A stretch of 62,647 nt of DNA, filler included. It is 12 parts of 12 records of this genome, joined end to end, with 100 filler letters (N's around TTAATTAATTAA, not from the genome) between each part and the next. Parts side by side here need not be neighbours in the genome. Positions count along the whole stretch, not along the records: positions 1 to 7,397 come from SRR15195285_11004; positions 7,498 to 11,690 come from SRR15195285_11016; 10 more parts are not named here. One strand, 5' to 3'. Below are positions 1 to 11,790 of this stretch, in pieces; position 1 is the stretch's first letter; every line of letters begins with the position of its first letter. A model generated the notes under the pieces. The model was given only the letters and a program-made list of their open reading frames with translations. It did no database searches and was not told the DNA's origin. The translations under genes were made by a program, and so were the position numbers.

Positions 1-29
1 CTGTCTGTCTGTCTGTCTGTCTGTCTGTC
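1..29. repeat. (CTGT)n microsatellite at the contig start, inside an intron
   Basis: About 7 tandem CTGT units, just downstream (minus strand) of a GTGAGC donor at 38-33. Confidence 0.95.
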
Positions 30-38
30 GTCGCTCAC

Positions 39-182
39 CTGGCTGATGCGCTCTTGCAGCGCCGCCACAGTGATCGGCACGTCCGGGCTCGCCGTCAGCC
101 CGTGAATCAGCAACGCAGTCTTCTCCACGTCCAGCACGCTCCCCACCGTCAGTAGCGCCTCCTCCGCCTCCGCCTCGCCCAT
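39..182 (-). CDS. First coding exon of an unknown gene (3'-truncated), divergent from RPL13
   Basis: ATG at 182 gives 48 GC3-rich codons (MGEAEAEEALLTVGSVLDVEKTALLIHGLTASPDVPITVAALQERISQ) ending CAG|GTGAGC. Confidence 0.65.
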
Positions 183-693
183 CACGCAGTCAGTTGTATG
201 GGAGGGCGGAAAACGGGGCGACCACTCCCCCCAGCAGCCTGTTCGCCGGCTCTGGCCGCTAGCTATGAAACCCCGTCGATTTCAGCACTAGTATTGGAAT
301 TCCGTACTGTTTTGAGCGGCTGGGCCAGGACAGCACGAACCGCGGGCTTTGTTCGGCGCGTTGGTACTGGAATGTACGGGCTGTTCTGGCTCCGCAGAGA
401 ATTGAATTTCTGTGATAGGGCCTTCCCGGTGAAATCGCCTCAGTGATATCCTCAGGGATACATTCGTTTGGGGGACTGACAACCACTGAGAAATAGGGTG
501 CAGACCGTGGTCTCATCGAGTCGCTGCTCTTTTGAAGCGCACCAGGACCTGAGATTCGCCTTGGTTACGGTAGGTTCTATAAACCCCGAACACTCTACAA
601 CTCGGAGTGCTCACACTTGCATCTCTTATAAATGCATTGCGGCGCTTGGATCGAATCCTCTTGATCAGTATAAATAGATAGTGCTGTGGGGCT

Positions 694-1006
694 TCCCACA
701 CTCATCAATAACTCGTACTCACGGGTCCTCAAATACAGATGATACTACCTGAATGGAATCCGAGTCTATAAATTACTCGTACTCAAATTTGATGGAATTG
801 GTTGTAAGTTTCAAGATACAGCTGTATGTATCCGAGTCTCCAAATTCTCCATGATCGGATCGATCCGTGATTTGCGCCCTCACATAAACGTCAATGAATG
901 AATCCGAGTCTTTGTACAACTCGTACTCTTACAAGGTGAGCTTCTGTGATGCCTGATGGTATACGCTGCTAAGTGCTATACAACTCAACAATTAAGTCCG
1001 AGTTTC
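694..1006. repeat. Degenerate interspersed repeat TCCGAGT...ACTCGTACTC with 72-bp period
   Basis: TCCGAGT at 759, 831, 903 and 997 (reverse copy at 600-606); ACTCGTACTC at 711, 775 and 919. Confidence 0.7.
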
Positions 1007-1327
1007 AAATCCATCCTCCATGGTCGAATCGCTCCGTCCTCCCGAACCGCCGGCGCTGGTGGCTCTGACGGCTCTGTCCCAATTCCAGACCGACATTTCC
1101 TGCCGATCAACTCCCCGCCCTTCAACTCCCGTAAATCCCCCTTCCCACCAAATCCACCAAATCCGCCGAGAGTCAACCACAATATAAAACACCCACCGTG
1201 GAATGTGTGGATCCAGATATTGATCAGGGGTGACTCGCCCCGGTGATCGGTTGGGAAATTGCCACGTTCGGCTGTCCCTGGCGTCGCAGCTGCTGGTGGT
1301 CAGCGTCCGCAACGCCTACTACCTAGG

Positions 1328-2550
1328 ATGGTGAAGCACAACAATGTCGTGCCGAACCGGCACTTTCACAAGGACTGGCAGGTGCGTGGTGGGAGGGGTG
1401 GGATGTGGGGTGGGGGGTGTGGGGGAGGGGAGGGTGGGAGCGGGTGTGGCGGTTCGTTGGCGCTGACTGTGTGTGTTCGCTCTGTGTGTGTGCGTCTGTG
1501 CAGGTCCGCGTGAGGACCTGGTTCAACCAGCCGGGCAAGAAGCGCTCCCGCCGCCTGAAGCGCGACGCCAAGGTACGTAGTCGAGCAGAGATGCTGCCGG
1601 GCGCCCGCCAACCGCGAGTGGAAGGCAGACGTGCAGCTGCGCCGCCGGGGCGCGGGACACCTACGGGGGTGCGGGGGCGGGGGAGGCGGGACTGCCCCGT
1701 TGCTGGCCGAGCCGCAGCCGCGTGCGAGGGCGGCGAGCTCGCAACCACGGGGGAAAGCCCTGGGCCCCAGTGGTGCAGGCTGCTAACAACGGTGTCTGGC
1801 ATGTTGTTCGTAACCACGCAGGCCGAGAAGAACTTCCCGCGCCCGGTCGCCGGAGCCCTGCGCCCCGCAGTCCGCCCGCCGACGCAGCGCTACAACATGA
1901 AGCTGCGCGCAGGCAAGGGGTTCACCCTTGAGGAGCTCAAGGTAAGCCGCAGGTCCATTGCTGTATCAGAGCTTCTGCGGGACCGCGGGGCTGCGCCCGG
2001 GGACGGGTAGAGTTGCGCAACGACAGCGGATTGGCAGTCGCAGACTGGCGCCGGGGGGAGGGAGGGAGATGGAGCGGCTTCTCGCATGTGGACCCTTGGC
2101 GTAGACACCCGGGGCGGCAAACGTTTCGCGCGCGGTTGGTGCTGACTGGTGCCGCGTGCTTGTGTTGTGCAGCTGGCCAAGATCTCCAAAAAGGAGGCCA
2201 AGGGCCTGGGTATCGCCGTGGACCACCGCCGCCGCAACAAGTGCAACGAGTCCCTGCAGCTGAACGTGAACCGGTTGAAAAAGTACCAGGCCCGCCTGGT
2301 TGTGTTCCCGCGCAAGAAGGGTGTTGAGTGGACTGAGGCTATGACGTCCGCGGTTGCGAACCGCAACCCGAACGTGCTGGACATCTCCACCACTGTGAAG
2401 GAGGAGAAGCCGCGTGCGATTGATGCGGATGAGAAGGTGTTCTCAGCCTACGGCAAGATCCGTGTCGAGCGGATGAACCTGCGGCAGGTGGGCCCGCGCT
2501 TCGTCGCGGTTCGGGAGGCAGCGGAGAAGGAGGCTGCCAAGAAGAAGTGA
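1328..2550 (+). CDS. RPL13: 60S ribosomal protein L13 (eL13), 4 exons: 1328-1381, 1504-1572, 1822-1941, 2173-2550 (206 aa)
   Basis: Spliced product [31 protein letters not shown]...[23 protein letters not shown]...[26 protein letters not shown] matches eL13. GT-AG introns with GCTGAC/GCTAAC branch points keep the frame. Confidence 0.97.
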
Positions 2551-2732
2551 TTAAAAATCCTACAAACAAATCCCGTCCCATCGCCCCTGCACCCTACAGA
2601 CAACCGCGCACAGCCTCCCGTTGCTAGTCTCGGTTTCCTCGGTTTTCTTTACAGATAGTGACCAGCTAGGAGCTACGTTGCGGAGTGACCAGATCAAACT
2701 GACTTGCATTCCTCGCGGCGCACACGCGTAGA

Positions 2733-4831
2733 CTAGTTGACCATCCACGCCAGCTTCCCTCTTCCGTAACACATGACCACGCACGACACGATGCACGCCG
2801 AGCTAATGAACAGCCCCGCTATGAGCCACGCCAGCATTCCTTGGTGAGTTGGCTCGCACGGGTTTTGCCCGCATGTAACTATGACATCCAGCCCAGCCGT
2901 GCGATCGATGCCTGCGAACGACACGTGCGGAGACCGAATGTCACCAGCAAGTGCAGCACAGAAGACGGCCAGTGGTTGTGGTGCATATATGGTGAACGGT
3001 TGCAGCGTGGAAGGAAACTTACGCGAGAGAATTTTGAGGCTTGAGCTGTACTTGTAGAGAACACTCTCGGGGTGGTCGTCGTCCTGGCCCTGGTTGTAAT
3101 AGTATTCCTGTTTGTAAGGTTTGCCGCCCAGTCAAGCCAACGCCGCGCGAAGTTAGAGCTTCCCACCACAGCCCACGCTTTCACAAAGCAAGCCTCCAGG
3201 GCACAGCCTGTTGTACCGTCTTCGCTAGTGATTTTGCTCAGCTTGAAAGTAAGGATGGATGAAATTGGGTGTGTCGCGGCATGGCACAGCGCTAGCATCG
3301 GCACGCCAACGGAGACGGTTGTGGCGTACGATGAGCAGCCCTGCGGCCTGTGTTGGGTCAAGCTCCTCGTCAGTGTTTGTGATCGGTTCCTCCAGCTGGA
3401 TGATGAACTCCACCACTGTGCGGTGCAAGACAATCTGTTGCTCTTGCGCACTGCCTGCCCCTGTGATGGCGATGCCATCGTCTCGGAACGTGCGGAACGT
3501 GTGGAGCCGACGGACGTCCACTTGTAACAAGTCGCTCTGTCAGCGGCAGCGATGCAGTGAGGACCCACGCTCAGACACTGTATCCCAGATTGCGGTTGAG
3601 CACAACCAGCCCTAGTAGTACATGACACTACACAAGGATGCAACGCTGGCTTGGCTCATGTAAAGCTTGACAGCCGCAGGGATAAAGAACAACGCACCAT
3701 CTCAAGCTCGAAGGCTGCTTGGAAATCTCCTCGCGTCAGGTATTCCGCTTCCATATCGTCGTACGCCCACGCCAGGGTGAGGTTGATGCCCGCGGCCAAA
3801 GGATACTCTTGATACAAGACCGGGTCCCAGACGCACGGGTCACCGCTACGTTCACCTTCAAATTGGTCGTCGTAGATCTGTGCCAGCTCGTTCGTCACGT
3901 CGTCGGAGTCAGGGCACCCCTCTCCAGTCGCTGGCACTACGTAGCGATACGCTGCATCTTCCGCTGATGTGCATTCCTTAACAACTGTGCCCTCCGTGTC
4001 ATAAATTACCCAGTGGCCCTCATCCTCCCATTCCGATGGCTCCGGCTCTGGCTCAGGTGGGTACGTGTATAAGCAGGACATGCCATTCGTCACAGTCCCA
4101 TCGTCGCACGAAATCTCGTTTTCGCCTGGTGCGGTGGACACGTTGAAATGTCTATCACACATAATCTGACAGGTCTGGCCATGGTTGAGCAGGCGGATGC
4201 TGCTGTTGGTTGGGTGCTCGGATGTACAGGTTCCCCATGTGCCATTCGCCGGCACATCGCGCGAGAGAAGAAGCTCGCACGTTTCAGGCTCGACGCAGGT
4301 TGCTCCCGGGCCGGGGCCGCCGAGCACGCCCAGGTTGCATTCCTGCAACGCCCACCTGGAGGCCGGGCCCTGCTGGCCCGCGGGAATGACGGTTGACCGA
4401 GGACGACCGATGTAGCCTGCGGCGCATTCGATGAAGCAATCGTCTCCGTGATTGCGTTGTCGCCCAGAGCTCGATGCGCTGGCGTCGTCACAGGTGCCCC
4501 AGTCTCCGAATGTTGGCATATCCATAGTGCAGCCGAGCGGTGAGCACGTAGGGCTGGTCAGCTCACTGCTGGCGTTGCATTCGAACTGGCAAGGGTCGTC
4601 GCTGCATTCATATCCTTCGTTGCACTCAACTAAACATGTGTCGCCAGCAAGCAGGGGGTTGCTCGTGCAGGCGTCTGTGACTGACGCGTCCAGCAGCGCC
4701 CCGTTGGCCGGCGCAGCAACAGTGCACTGAGCTGCAACGCGGTCGATACAGCAACATATCGCCCAGGATATCACAGCTGTCCGTGCGGCGCCGCGGCACG
4801 CGCCGGCCCGTGCAAGCAGTGCCGGGCGCAT
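2733..4831 (-). CDS. Type I membrane protein with Cys-rich sushi/CCP-like repeats; 4 exons (4831-3698, 3536-~3330, ~3109-3025, ~2911-2733)
   Basis: Signal-like N-terminus; repeated P.NG..G.C......G..C...C..GY modules; PEPEPEP linker; spliced exons end in a hydrophobic helix (MLAWLIAGLFISSACIVSCVVMCY) and short tail; canonical splice sites in compatible phases. Confidence 0.75.
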
Positions 4832-6094
4832 TTTCAAGCCCGTGATATTTCGAGCAATATTCAGCGCCAGCGAGTCGTGGCGTTGCGCTGGGCTTCCTAC
4901 GTAGCCCCAGCCATGCACCCACCAGCAGCTACACTCCCTGTACCGCCAACAACCTGGCGTTCCCGCTGCCGGCCGTCGCGGATGCACAGGCCCAGCGCCT
5001 TGTCGTTGTGTTGCAGCTGCGAACAGCAATGCGCTCCTCTGCAGCCCCGCAGTCTCTCGTCGCCACCGTCGTCGACACTTTGTGACGTGCTTTCCGATGA
5101 TACTAGTAGTTGATGATAGATCTACTCATGAATAGTTGATAGTTGATAGGATCCTCTCTGAGTTACACTATAGTAGTAGGAATTCCTAGCTCTCAGAGAG
5201 TAGAGAGATCCGTATTCGCTATTCCTGCACGCGGAGTCAACCGGGCTCAAACATGGGCTCAAACCGTGAGGACTGAGGAAAAAGAAGTCACAATGGACAA
5301 TCCGGCGCTTGGCCTCGATTCAGTGATTTTCGAGTCATTCTCTCATTCTTTGACACAGCGTCCTCATGTGTCATGATTGCTGTTTCCTCTAGAGGTCAAG
5401 TTTCCAACTTGGGCGAATAGAACATTCCTGTGTTGTACACATATGCTGTGATCTTAAGCGTCTACGAGCACGCTGGGGAACTGCCACTGGGTACAACTGC
5501 AATGAGCGCAGTGGCGCATGCTGTTAGGGTCTTAGAGTTCAAGAAGACGAGTTGTCATTAGTACAGTGTAGATTACTTCTCGGCGCTTGACCGTGAGTAC
5601 CAAGGCAGCGAAGGTACGCGGCCAAAGTACGCGGCCGGTGAGCCGAAGGGTCGCGGAGCCGAAGGGCCGCGGAGCCGGATGGAGGGGCTGTGCCTATCGA
5701 GGCGGGCTAGCTGTCTTGAAGAGGCAACGAGGTCCTCTAGACTCACCAGTCTAAGACATGCGTTGCAATAATTATTGTAGAGGTGACGAATGCGAGAGTG
5801 GCGAAGCATAAGGGCCATCACTGATGGGGTAATGATTATTGAGTTGATGCGTAGAGTGGTCGACACTCCGCATAACAACACATCGTTCAAGTCGTTTGTA
5901 TGCATCTGCAGACACGTGTCACCAAGATGCGGGAAAATTCGCCGACCGTGCAACATTATGCGTAGCACTTTCTCGTTTCGCCTGTGGTTCATCGAATTGC
6001 GGTCGGTGACGGTGAATGCTGGCTTGCACCTTCGTGAGCGCTATCTATCTGTGCGCATATGCCACTGCGATGGTAAATAAGTTAGTGATGTTGC

Positions 6095-7397
6095 CTACGG
6101 CCCTGGCTGCTCACATTGGCTCGCATTGCGTAGGTGTGTCTCCTCGTTGCGGCACATCCCACGCAGATCTGGCACGCACTGCCTCCGTCGGCCCGCACAC
6201 CAACTGCAACCCAGTAGATGGCTGGAGTCTATCCCGCCGCCACTGTCGCGATTTGTAGCTACCGTCGTTTCCGCCCTTCGTCCAGCGGCGAGACAGTCTC
6301 CACAGTTCGTGTATTGTGAACAATCTCCAATACGCAATGGGCGCAGAGGAAGTTCGCTATCCGCAAGCGGAATGTCTGCCCCAAATGCCTGCTCACTTGG
6401 AACTGCTGCTAGTACCTCTTGAAAATTGGACGGTAGTCGCAAAAGCTCCAGGGCACGCCACCGCCTCAAGTTTGCACGCCCCACAAGCGACAGCCGACGC
6501 TCTATGTCCTCTCGCGATCTCACCACCACTCCCTCCGGCGCTAGCGAGATTCGCAGCATCACGCTTGCCTCCCTTGCCCCCCCGGATCCAGATCCTTCGC
6601 TGTCACCCGCAACTCCGTGGTATTGAAGATCACGTGTGGGCTGTGCCGGATCGCGGAGCCAAACTAATGGGCGGCTCTCTGGCTGCCTGTGCGGAGAAAG
6701 AGCACGCAATGGTAGCATCTGAGATAAACCGTTGCTGTTGTCGCTACCTGCCGCCATACGCAATGGTTAGAATATCGCTCGCAAAACACCATTCAAATAT
6801 TTCTGATGTTCTTCTAGATTTAACGGAATACGCGCAGATTTGTTCTGCTACTCTATCGTGGTTGTCAGATGCCTCAACCTTGGAATTCGCCGCAGGTGGA
6901 GCATTGACAGCGCGCCTTTCGACGCCAGCCCCACCACCATCGCGGCTGGAGGCGGTTAGTCCAGGATTCCGATGAACCTTACCGCTGTCAAGATCGTCAC
7001 CATTAATGCCAGTGGGAGCTTGGCAGTGCTTGTCATCTGAGCCTTGCCGTTCAGTGCACGATTGGCCATGTGTACCACTGCCAACTGCTCTTTCCGTGTC
7101 TCTGTTGGATCCTTCAACTTCCACATTGTCGTCAAGTTGTGCCCGCTTCTCCTCAGTAGAAACGTGTTCGCGTGGCTGCTTTGCGTTTTCGCCTGCAGCA
7201 TGTGGTGTTGAAAGCCACCACACCTTGTGAGAATTGCCCACACATACCGCAATGCTCGGCTCGTCATGGCCGTTGTCATCGCCTGACCTTTCCCACTCTT
7301 CTCCTTGCTCACGACCATCGGCGCTGGTGCCTGATTGGAGCGGCCATAGCGGCAGTGGTATGTCGATGATCACTCGATGGTCCATTCCCGGCTCACT
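6095..7397 (-). CDS. Hypothetical protein with a PSI-like Cys motif; 5'-truncated, exon limits uncertain
   Basis: ORF 6095-6763 contains DCSQYTNCGDCL...GCSWCAGRRRQCVP...C (plexin/PSI-like spacing); upstream ORF 6744-7385 can be joined by a plausible intron at ~6830-6687. Confidence 0.5.
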
Positions 7398-7497
7398 NNN
7401 NNNNNNNNNNNNNNNNNNNNNNNNNNNNNNNNNNNNNNNNNTTAATTAATTAANNNNNNNNNNNNNNNNNNNNNNNNNNNNNNNNNNNNNNNNNNNN
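7398..7497. other. Artificial contig linker (N44-TTAATTAATTAA-N44)
   Basis: Identical 100-nt spacer with stops in all six frames; 11 copies in the window. Confidence 0.99.
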
Positions 7498-8041
7498 GAA
7501 ATTCGGAGGGTCAGTCCGCCAGGGTCGCGGGAGCTGAAATCCGCAGGCAATATACCTAGTCACCGAAAAAGGGACCAGGTCCAGTCTCGCAACTCCGATC
7601 GGTGTGACAAAGTTTCAATTACACTTAGGTAGTACTAATGTCCGACTTTTGTATCATCTATTCGTATTGGACTATTCGAATAGTCTAATACCATAGTACT
7701 CATATTAGAATATTCGAATACTGCAACTGTCTTAGAATTGCACAGTAGAGATTGCAATGATTGTCCGAATATGGGCACGGCGTACGACAGGCTAGCAGTG
7801 GCCTCCCCGCTGGCAAGGTTGATGAACTTCGTCCTCTTGCGCGCGTGGCTATGCAGAGTCGATAGTAGAGACACAGCGGGGTCGCAACCTACTCCCATTT
7901 TTTTCGATTTTGGCACTTGTAAAGCTTTGAGGCTGATGATGCGCACAGTATATTCGTGTACTAGTACAGAAGATAAGATCCTTACAGTGTGACAACAGTA
8001 CTGGTTGGTGTGCATGTAGGTAGTATTCGAATACTAGTAAG

Positions 8042-8944
8042 TCATGGTGCGATATTCCATCCGCCGTCAGCCTGGATGCACTGGCCTGTGAGGTAGCATG
8101 CCGCATCTGACGCAAGAAACAAGGCTATCTTGGCGATATCCTCTGGTTCTGCGAAGCGCTGCAATGGGATCGACTTCAATCGCGCAGCCTTCCTCTCTGC
8201 CATAGCTTCAGAATCCCACAGATCTTTCCCCATTTTAGTGAGGGTGACGCCAGGTGCAATCGCGTTTGCACGGATGCCCCTAGGTCCAAGCTCGACAGCC
8301 ATCACCCGGGTGGCTTGGTTCAGAGCTGCTTTTGACGAGCCGTAGGCAATTTGATTCTCCAGGCCAAAGAACGCCTGCATCGAGCTGACATTAATGATCG
8401 CACCAGCTCCAGCAGATATCATACCGGGCGCGAGCCTGGAGACGAGATGTACCACCGAGCTGAGGTTGGTGTCGATTACTGTGCTAAATGCATCCCGATC
8501 CAGTGCGAATGCTCCAGCGTCGGCGCCCTCCGCGGCGACCAGGGGTGTCTGCGAGTTCGTCCCGTGGTTATTCACAAGGATATCCCAGCACGAGGAGACC
8601 ACCAGCAGCTGGTCGGCGACCTTATCAACTCCGGCAGCCGTTGAAAGATCCGCGGCCACAACATGACAAGTGCGGCCTTCTGCTTCTACCAGTGCTTTCG
8701 TTGCAGCTAGACCGTGCTCGTCGCGGCCGACGATTGCGACGTCCGCTCCGGCCGCTGCGAAAACTTGTGCGATGGCAGCACCGATCCCTTTGCTCGCACC
8801 GGTGATCACCGCAGTTTTGCCGACGAGCGAGAAACTGGCAGAGAGTGGAGTGGTGACACCAGCAGACGCTGGCTCCATCGTGGCAGACGACGCGGAAGGA
8901 CGACCGTGGCACAGCAGCGTGCTCAGGCGCTGCAGCCTCAGCAT
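8042..8944 (-). CDS. Classical short-chain dehydrogenase/reductase (SDR), single exon, probable mitochondrial targeting peptide
   Basis: TGASKGIG Rossmann motif, LVNNHG, INVSS, catalytic YGSSK, IRANAIAPG, ADGG; Arg/Leu/Ser-rich acid-free N-terminus MLRLQRLSTLLCHGRPS. Confidence 0.93.
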   Translation of the reverse strand: MLRLQRLSTLLCHGRPSASSATMEPASAGVTTPLSASFSLVGKTAVITGASKGIGAAIAQVFAAAGADVAIVGRDEHGLAATKALVEAEGRTCHVVAADLSTAAGVDKVADQLLVVSSCWDILVNNHGTNSQTPLVAAEGADAGAFALDRDAFSTVIDTNLSSVVHLVSRLAPGMISAGAGAIINVSSMQAFFGLENQIAYGSSKAALNQATRVMAVELGPRGIRANAIAPGVTLTKMGKDLWDSEAMAERKAARLKSIPLQRFAEPEDIAKIALFLASDAACYLTGQCIQADGGWNIAP

Positions 8945-9453
8945 CGACCAGCACGCGCGCGCGCCGGCGTGCGCGTTATCCGGCGCGCCGTGCCGCGTGG
9001 TATCCGCGCGACCGGCGGGGGACCGCGCGCGCCCTCGCGCGCCGCCCTACCTTGTCCGGAGGAGTCCGGCCACGTCCCGCCGACCCCGGCGCGCGGCGGG
9101 GTACGCGGGTACGGGCGATCACAATGTGATTCTTGGGTCGGCGAACATGCTTGTTTCATAAGCGCACAAAATGTGTTCGCCGACACACAGTCCCACAGTA
9201 CGCAATTCCAATACAGGCTGCTGGATCATGATTTCCAGACCTGATCTCACCTCACAAATGCCTTCGCACATATGTCATTCTCTGAGTAGGAATTCCTAGT
9301 CATGGGATCATGGACCCCATTTTTGGTATAATTTGCGATCTCGCATTCTTTCAATTCTTACCGGCGCTTGACTGGCCAGCGACACTGCCAGATGGCGGCG
9401 TGGCCCTGACATTGCCCCTGGTGGTCGCCCTGTTTTGGTGGTTGCGGGCCGTT
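8945..9453. promoter_or_regulatory. Bidirectional promoter region between SDR and COG8
   Basis: Divergent ATGs at 8944 and 9454; CGCGCG-rich tract 8953-9110; palindrome TAGGAATTCCTA at ~9287-9298. Confidence 0.55.
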
Positions 9454-11564
9454 ATGGCTGACGATGCGGAGATGGAGAGGGAGAAGTACCTGGGGCGGCT
9501 GGCGAGTTTCGACTTGGCGAGGATTGCGGCGGAGCCACAGCTGCTGGCGAAGGAGTGCGACACGCATAGCACATGGTTGATATGAGATATGATATGGCCG
9601 CGCTGCCTCTGCCCCGCTGCCTCTGCCTCTCTGTCTGTCTGCCTCTCTGCTTGCCTGTCTGCCTGTCTGTCTGTATGCCTCCCCCTCTGCCGCTGCCTCT
9701 CTCTGTCTCTCTGCCTCGGCCTCTCTGCCAGACGCATCAGGCCTGATCAGTGCGCCGTCGTTCTGGTCGGAACAGGTACGAGGCGGTGAATCGCCAGATC
9801 GACGAGTTCGCGTTCAAGCACTACCGGCCGTTCGTGGAGAGCGCGCGCTGCATGGGGACGATACACGCACAGCTGAGCACGATGCACACGCACCTGTCCG
9901 GCGTGCACGACACGCTGCCAGTGCTCAGCGCGTCGGCCGTGCAGTTCCAGGACGATGCCAAGGCCATCATTGAGCGTCGGAACGTCGCTGCGAACGCGCT
10001 CTCCCACCACGCGCAGCTGACGGAAATCCTCGAGATCCCGAAGCTCATGGACACGCTGGTCCGCACGGAGGCGTTCGAGGAGGCGTTGGAGCTTGCAAAC
10101 TACGTGGCGCGGCTCAAGGCGCGGCACCCGGAGGCGCGGGTCATCGGCGACATTGCGGCGGAGGTCGAGCGGTCGTGCATGGTCATGTCTGCGATACTGC
10201 TGCGCCTACTGCGCGGAGAAGTGCAGCTGCCGGACTGCCTGCGCTTCGTCTCGTACATCCGACGGCTGCGGCGCTTCGACGAGGGCGAGCTGCGCTGGCA
10301 CTTCCTGGCGTGCAGGGACTGCTGGTTCGAGCGGCGCAACCAGTGGTCGCCCGGCAGCGCCGTATCACCCCGCGCTGCAGATACACAGCCAGTCTCAGAC
10401 CGGGCGAGCACCGGCGAGTCGCAGGCTTCGGCCGGCCCACTGGCGGAAGAGGACGTGTACGAGCTGTTGATGCGGCTCGCGGACAACTTGCGGCTCCATG
10501 GGTTCGGCATCATCACGCAGTATCGCGCAATTTTCACCGAGGAAAGCAGCGGGGAGGCCGACGCGGCAGGTGGAGGGTGGGAGCAAGGCGGCGGCCTGCT
10601 CTACAGCTGGGCAATGGAAAAGCTGTCGACGCTACTGGCTGCACTCGAGGCGCTGTTGCCACAGATCACAAGCGGGGCACGGTTGTCCTCTCTCCTCTCG
10701 CAGGTCATGTACGCTGGTGCAGCGCTCGGGCGAGCAGGTGTGGAGTTCCGACCACTGCTCCCGCCGCTATTCGAGCCGGCGCTGTTATCCGTCTTCAAGA
10801 CTCGGCTCCGGCGCGCATCAGAGATGTTTGCAGAGTCACTCGACAGCTTCCAGTGGATGCGTTTCAAGTCGCATGCCACACTCTCTGCGGGGGCGGCGGA
10901 CGCCGTCCGCGCAGCAGATGGCGGCGCGCGCAAAGCGGCTCCGAACATGGAGGATATCATCCAGCTGCCGCCGCTGGCGATCTTTTTGAACGGCATGCTC
11001 GACGCACTTAACGACATCAGGGGCTGTGCGCCGACAAATATGGTGAGCGACGCAGCGCAGTCGCTGCAACTGGCGCTGAATGATGCGTCGGCCCGGATTT
11101 TGGCAAGCCGCGAGGATGGAGGGGAGCTCTGGTCTGACCTCTGCGAAGTTTTCGCCACGCAGCTGATCCCGCATATTGTGGCATGCTTCGAGAAGTTGTT
11201 CAGAGGAAGCGACCGGCGGGTGACGTGGGAAGCGCGCGGCGGTGCACTGCTGTCGATCGAGCTCCTGAAACGCCCGTTGAAGGCGGTGCTTGAGGACGCA
11301 ATCAATGCAAGAATTGCCGAGGAGCAACGACGGGCGCTGTCGACCGCGAAACCCTCGACGGATGCTCCTGAGCCTGAGCCTCAGCCTGAGCCTCAGCCGT
11401 CAGTTGAGAAGACAGTTTCGATGGTGGCGGCAGCGGCACCAACAGCGGCTGTGTCCGCGACTGGTGCTCTACATTCCCTTGGCGGATCCACAATCGAAAA
11501 CACTCCAGTGGTTGCAGAGGCGGAAGATGTGGCACCAGCCACGATACCAGCCGCAATTCCGTAA
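9454..11564 (+). CDS. COG8: Conserved oligomeric Golgi complex subunit 8 (Dor1 family); exons 9454-9554 and 9776-11564
   Basis: YLGRLASFDLARIAAEPQLL, FAFKHYRPFV, LTEILEIPKLMDTLVR..FEEALEL, QLPDCLRFVSYIRRL, IITQYRAIF, LGRAGVEFRPLL, PPLAIFLNGMLDALNDIR are Dor1/COG8 motifs; phase-2 intron 9555-9775. Confidence 0.92.
9602..9729. repeat. Pyrimidine-rich CTGY/CTCT low-complexity repeat within the COG8 intron
   Basis: Degenerate tandem CTGC/CTGT/CTCT units. Confidence 0.85.
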
Positions 11565-11690
11565 CCATTCGAATAGCTTGGAAGTCATATTGGTGTTGAA
11601 CAAACAGTCCAGTTTCTTGAGTGGCCACATGCTTTGATTTAATTTATGCACGCCAATCCGAAGAGCTGTCTTCGCAGCCTGCCCCGCCAG

Positions 11691-11790
11691 NNNNNNNNNN
11701 NNNNNNNNNNNNNNNNNNNNNNNNNNNNNNNNNNTTAATTAATTAANNNNNNNNNNNNNNNNNNNNNNNNNNNNNNNNNNNNNNNNNNNN
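11691..11790. other. Artificial contig linker
   Basis: N44-TTAATTAATTAA-N44. Confidence 0.99.

Noticed and set aside
694-1006. CRISPR array
   Set aside because: Only two full copies, variable loop, degenerate remaining copies, eukaryotic context and no cas genes; kept only as a repeat finding.
1382-2172. Intronic snoRNAs in RPL13
   Set aside because: No C-box/D-box pair with a terminal stem and no convincing H/ACA layout by eye; would need a covariance-model scan.
2879-3643. ORFs 2879-3643 (-) and 3072-3527 (+) as independent genes
   Set aside because: The region is explained by exons 2-4 and introns of the sushi-like membrane protein.
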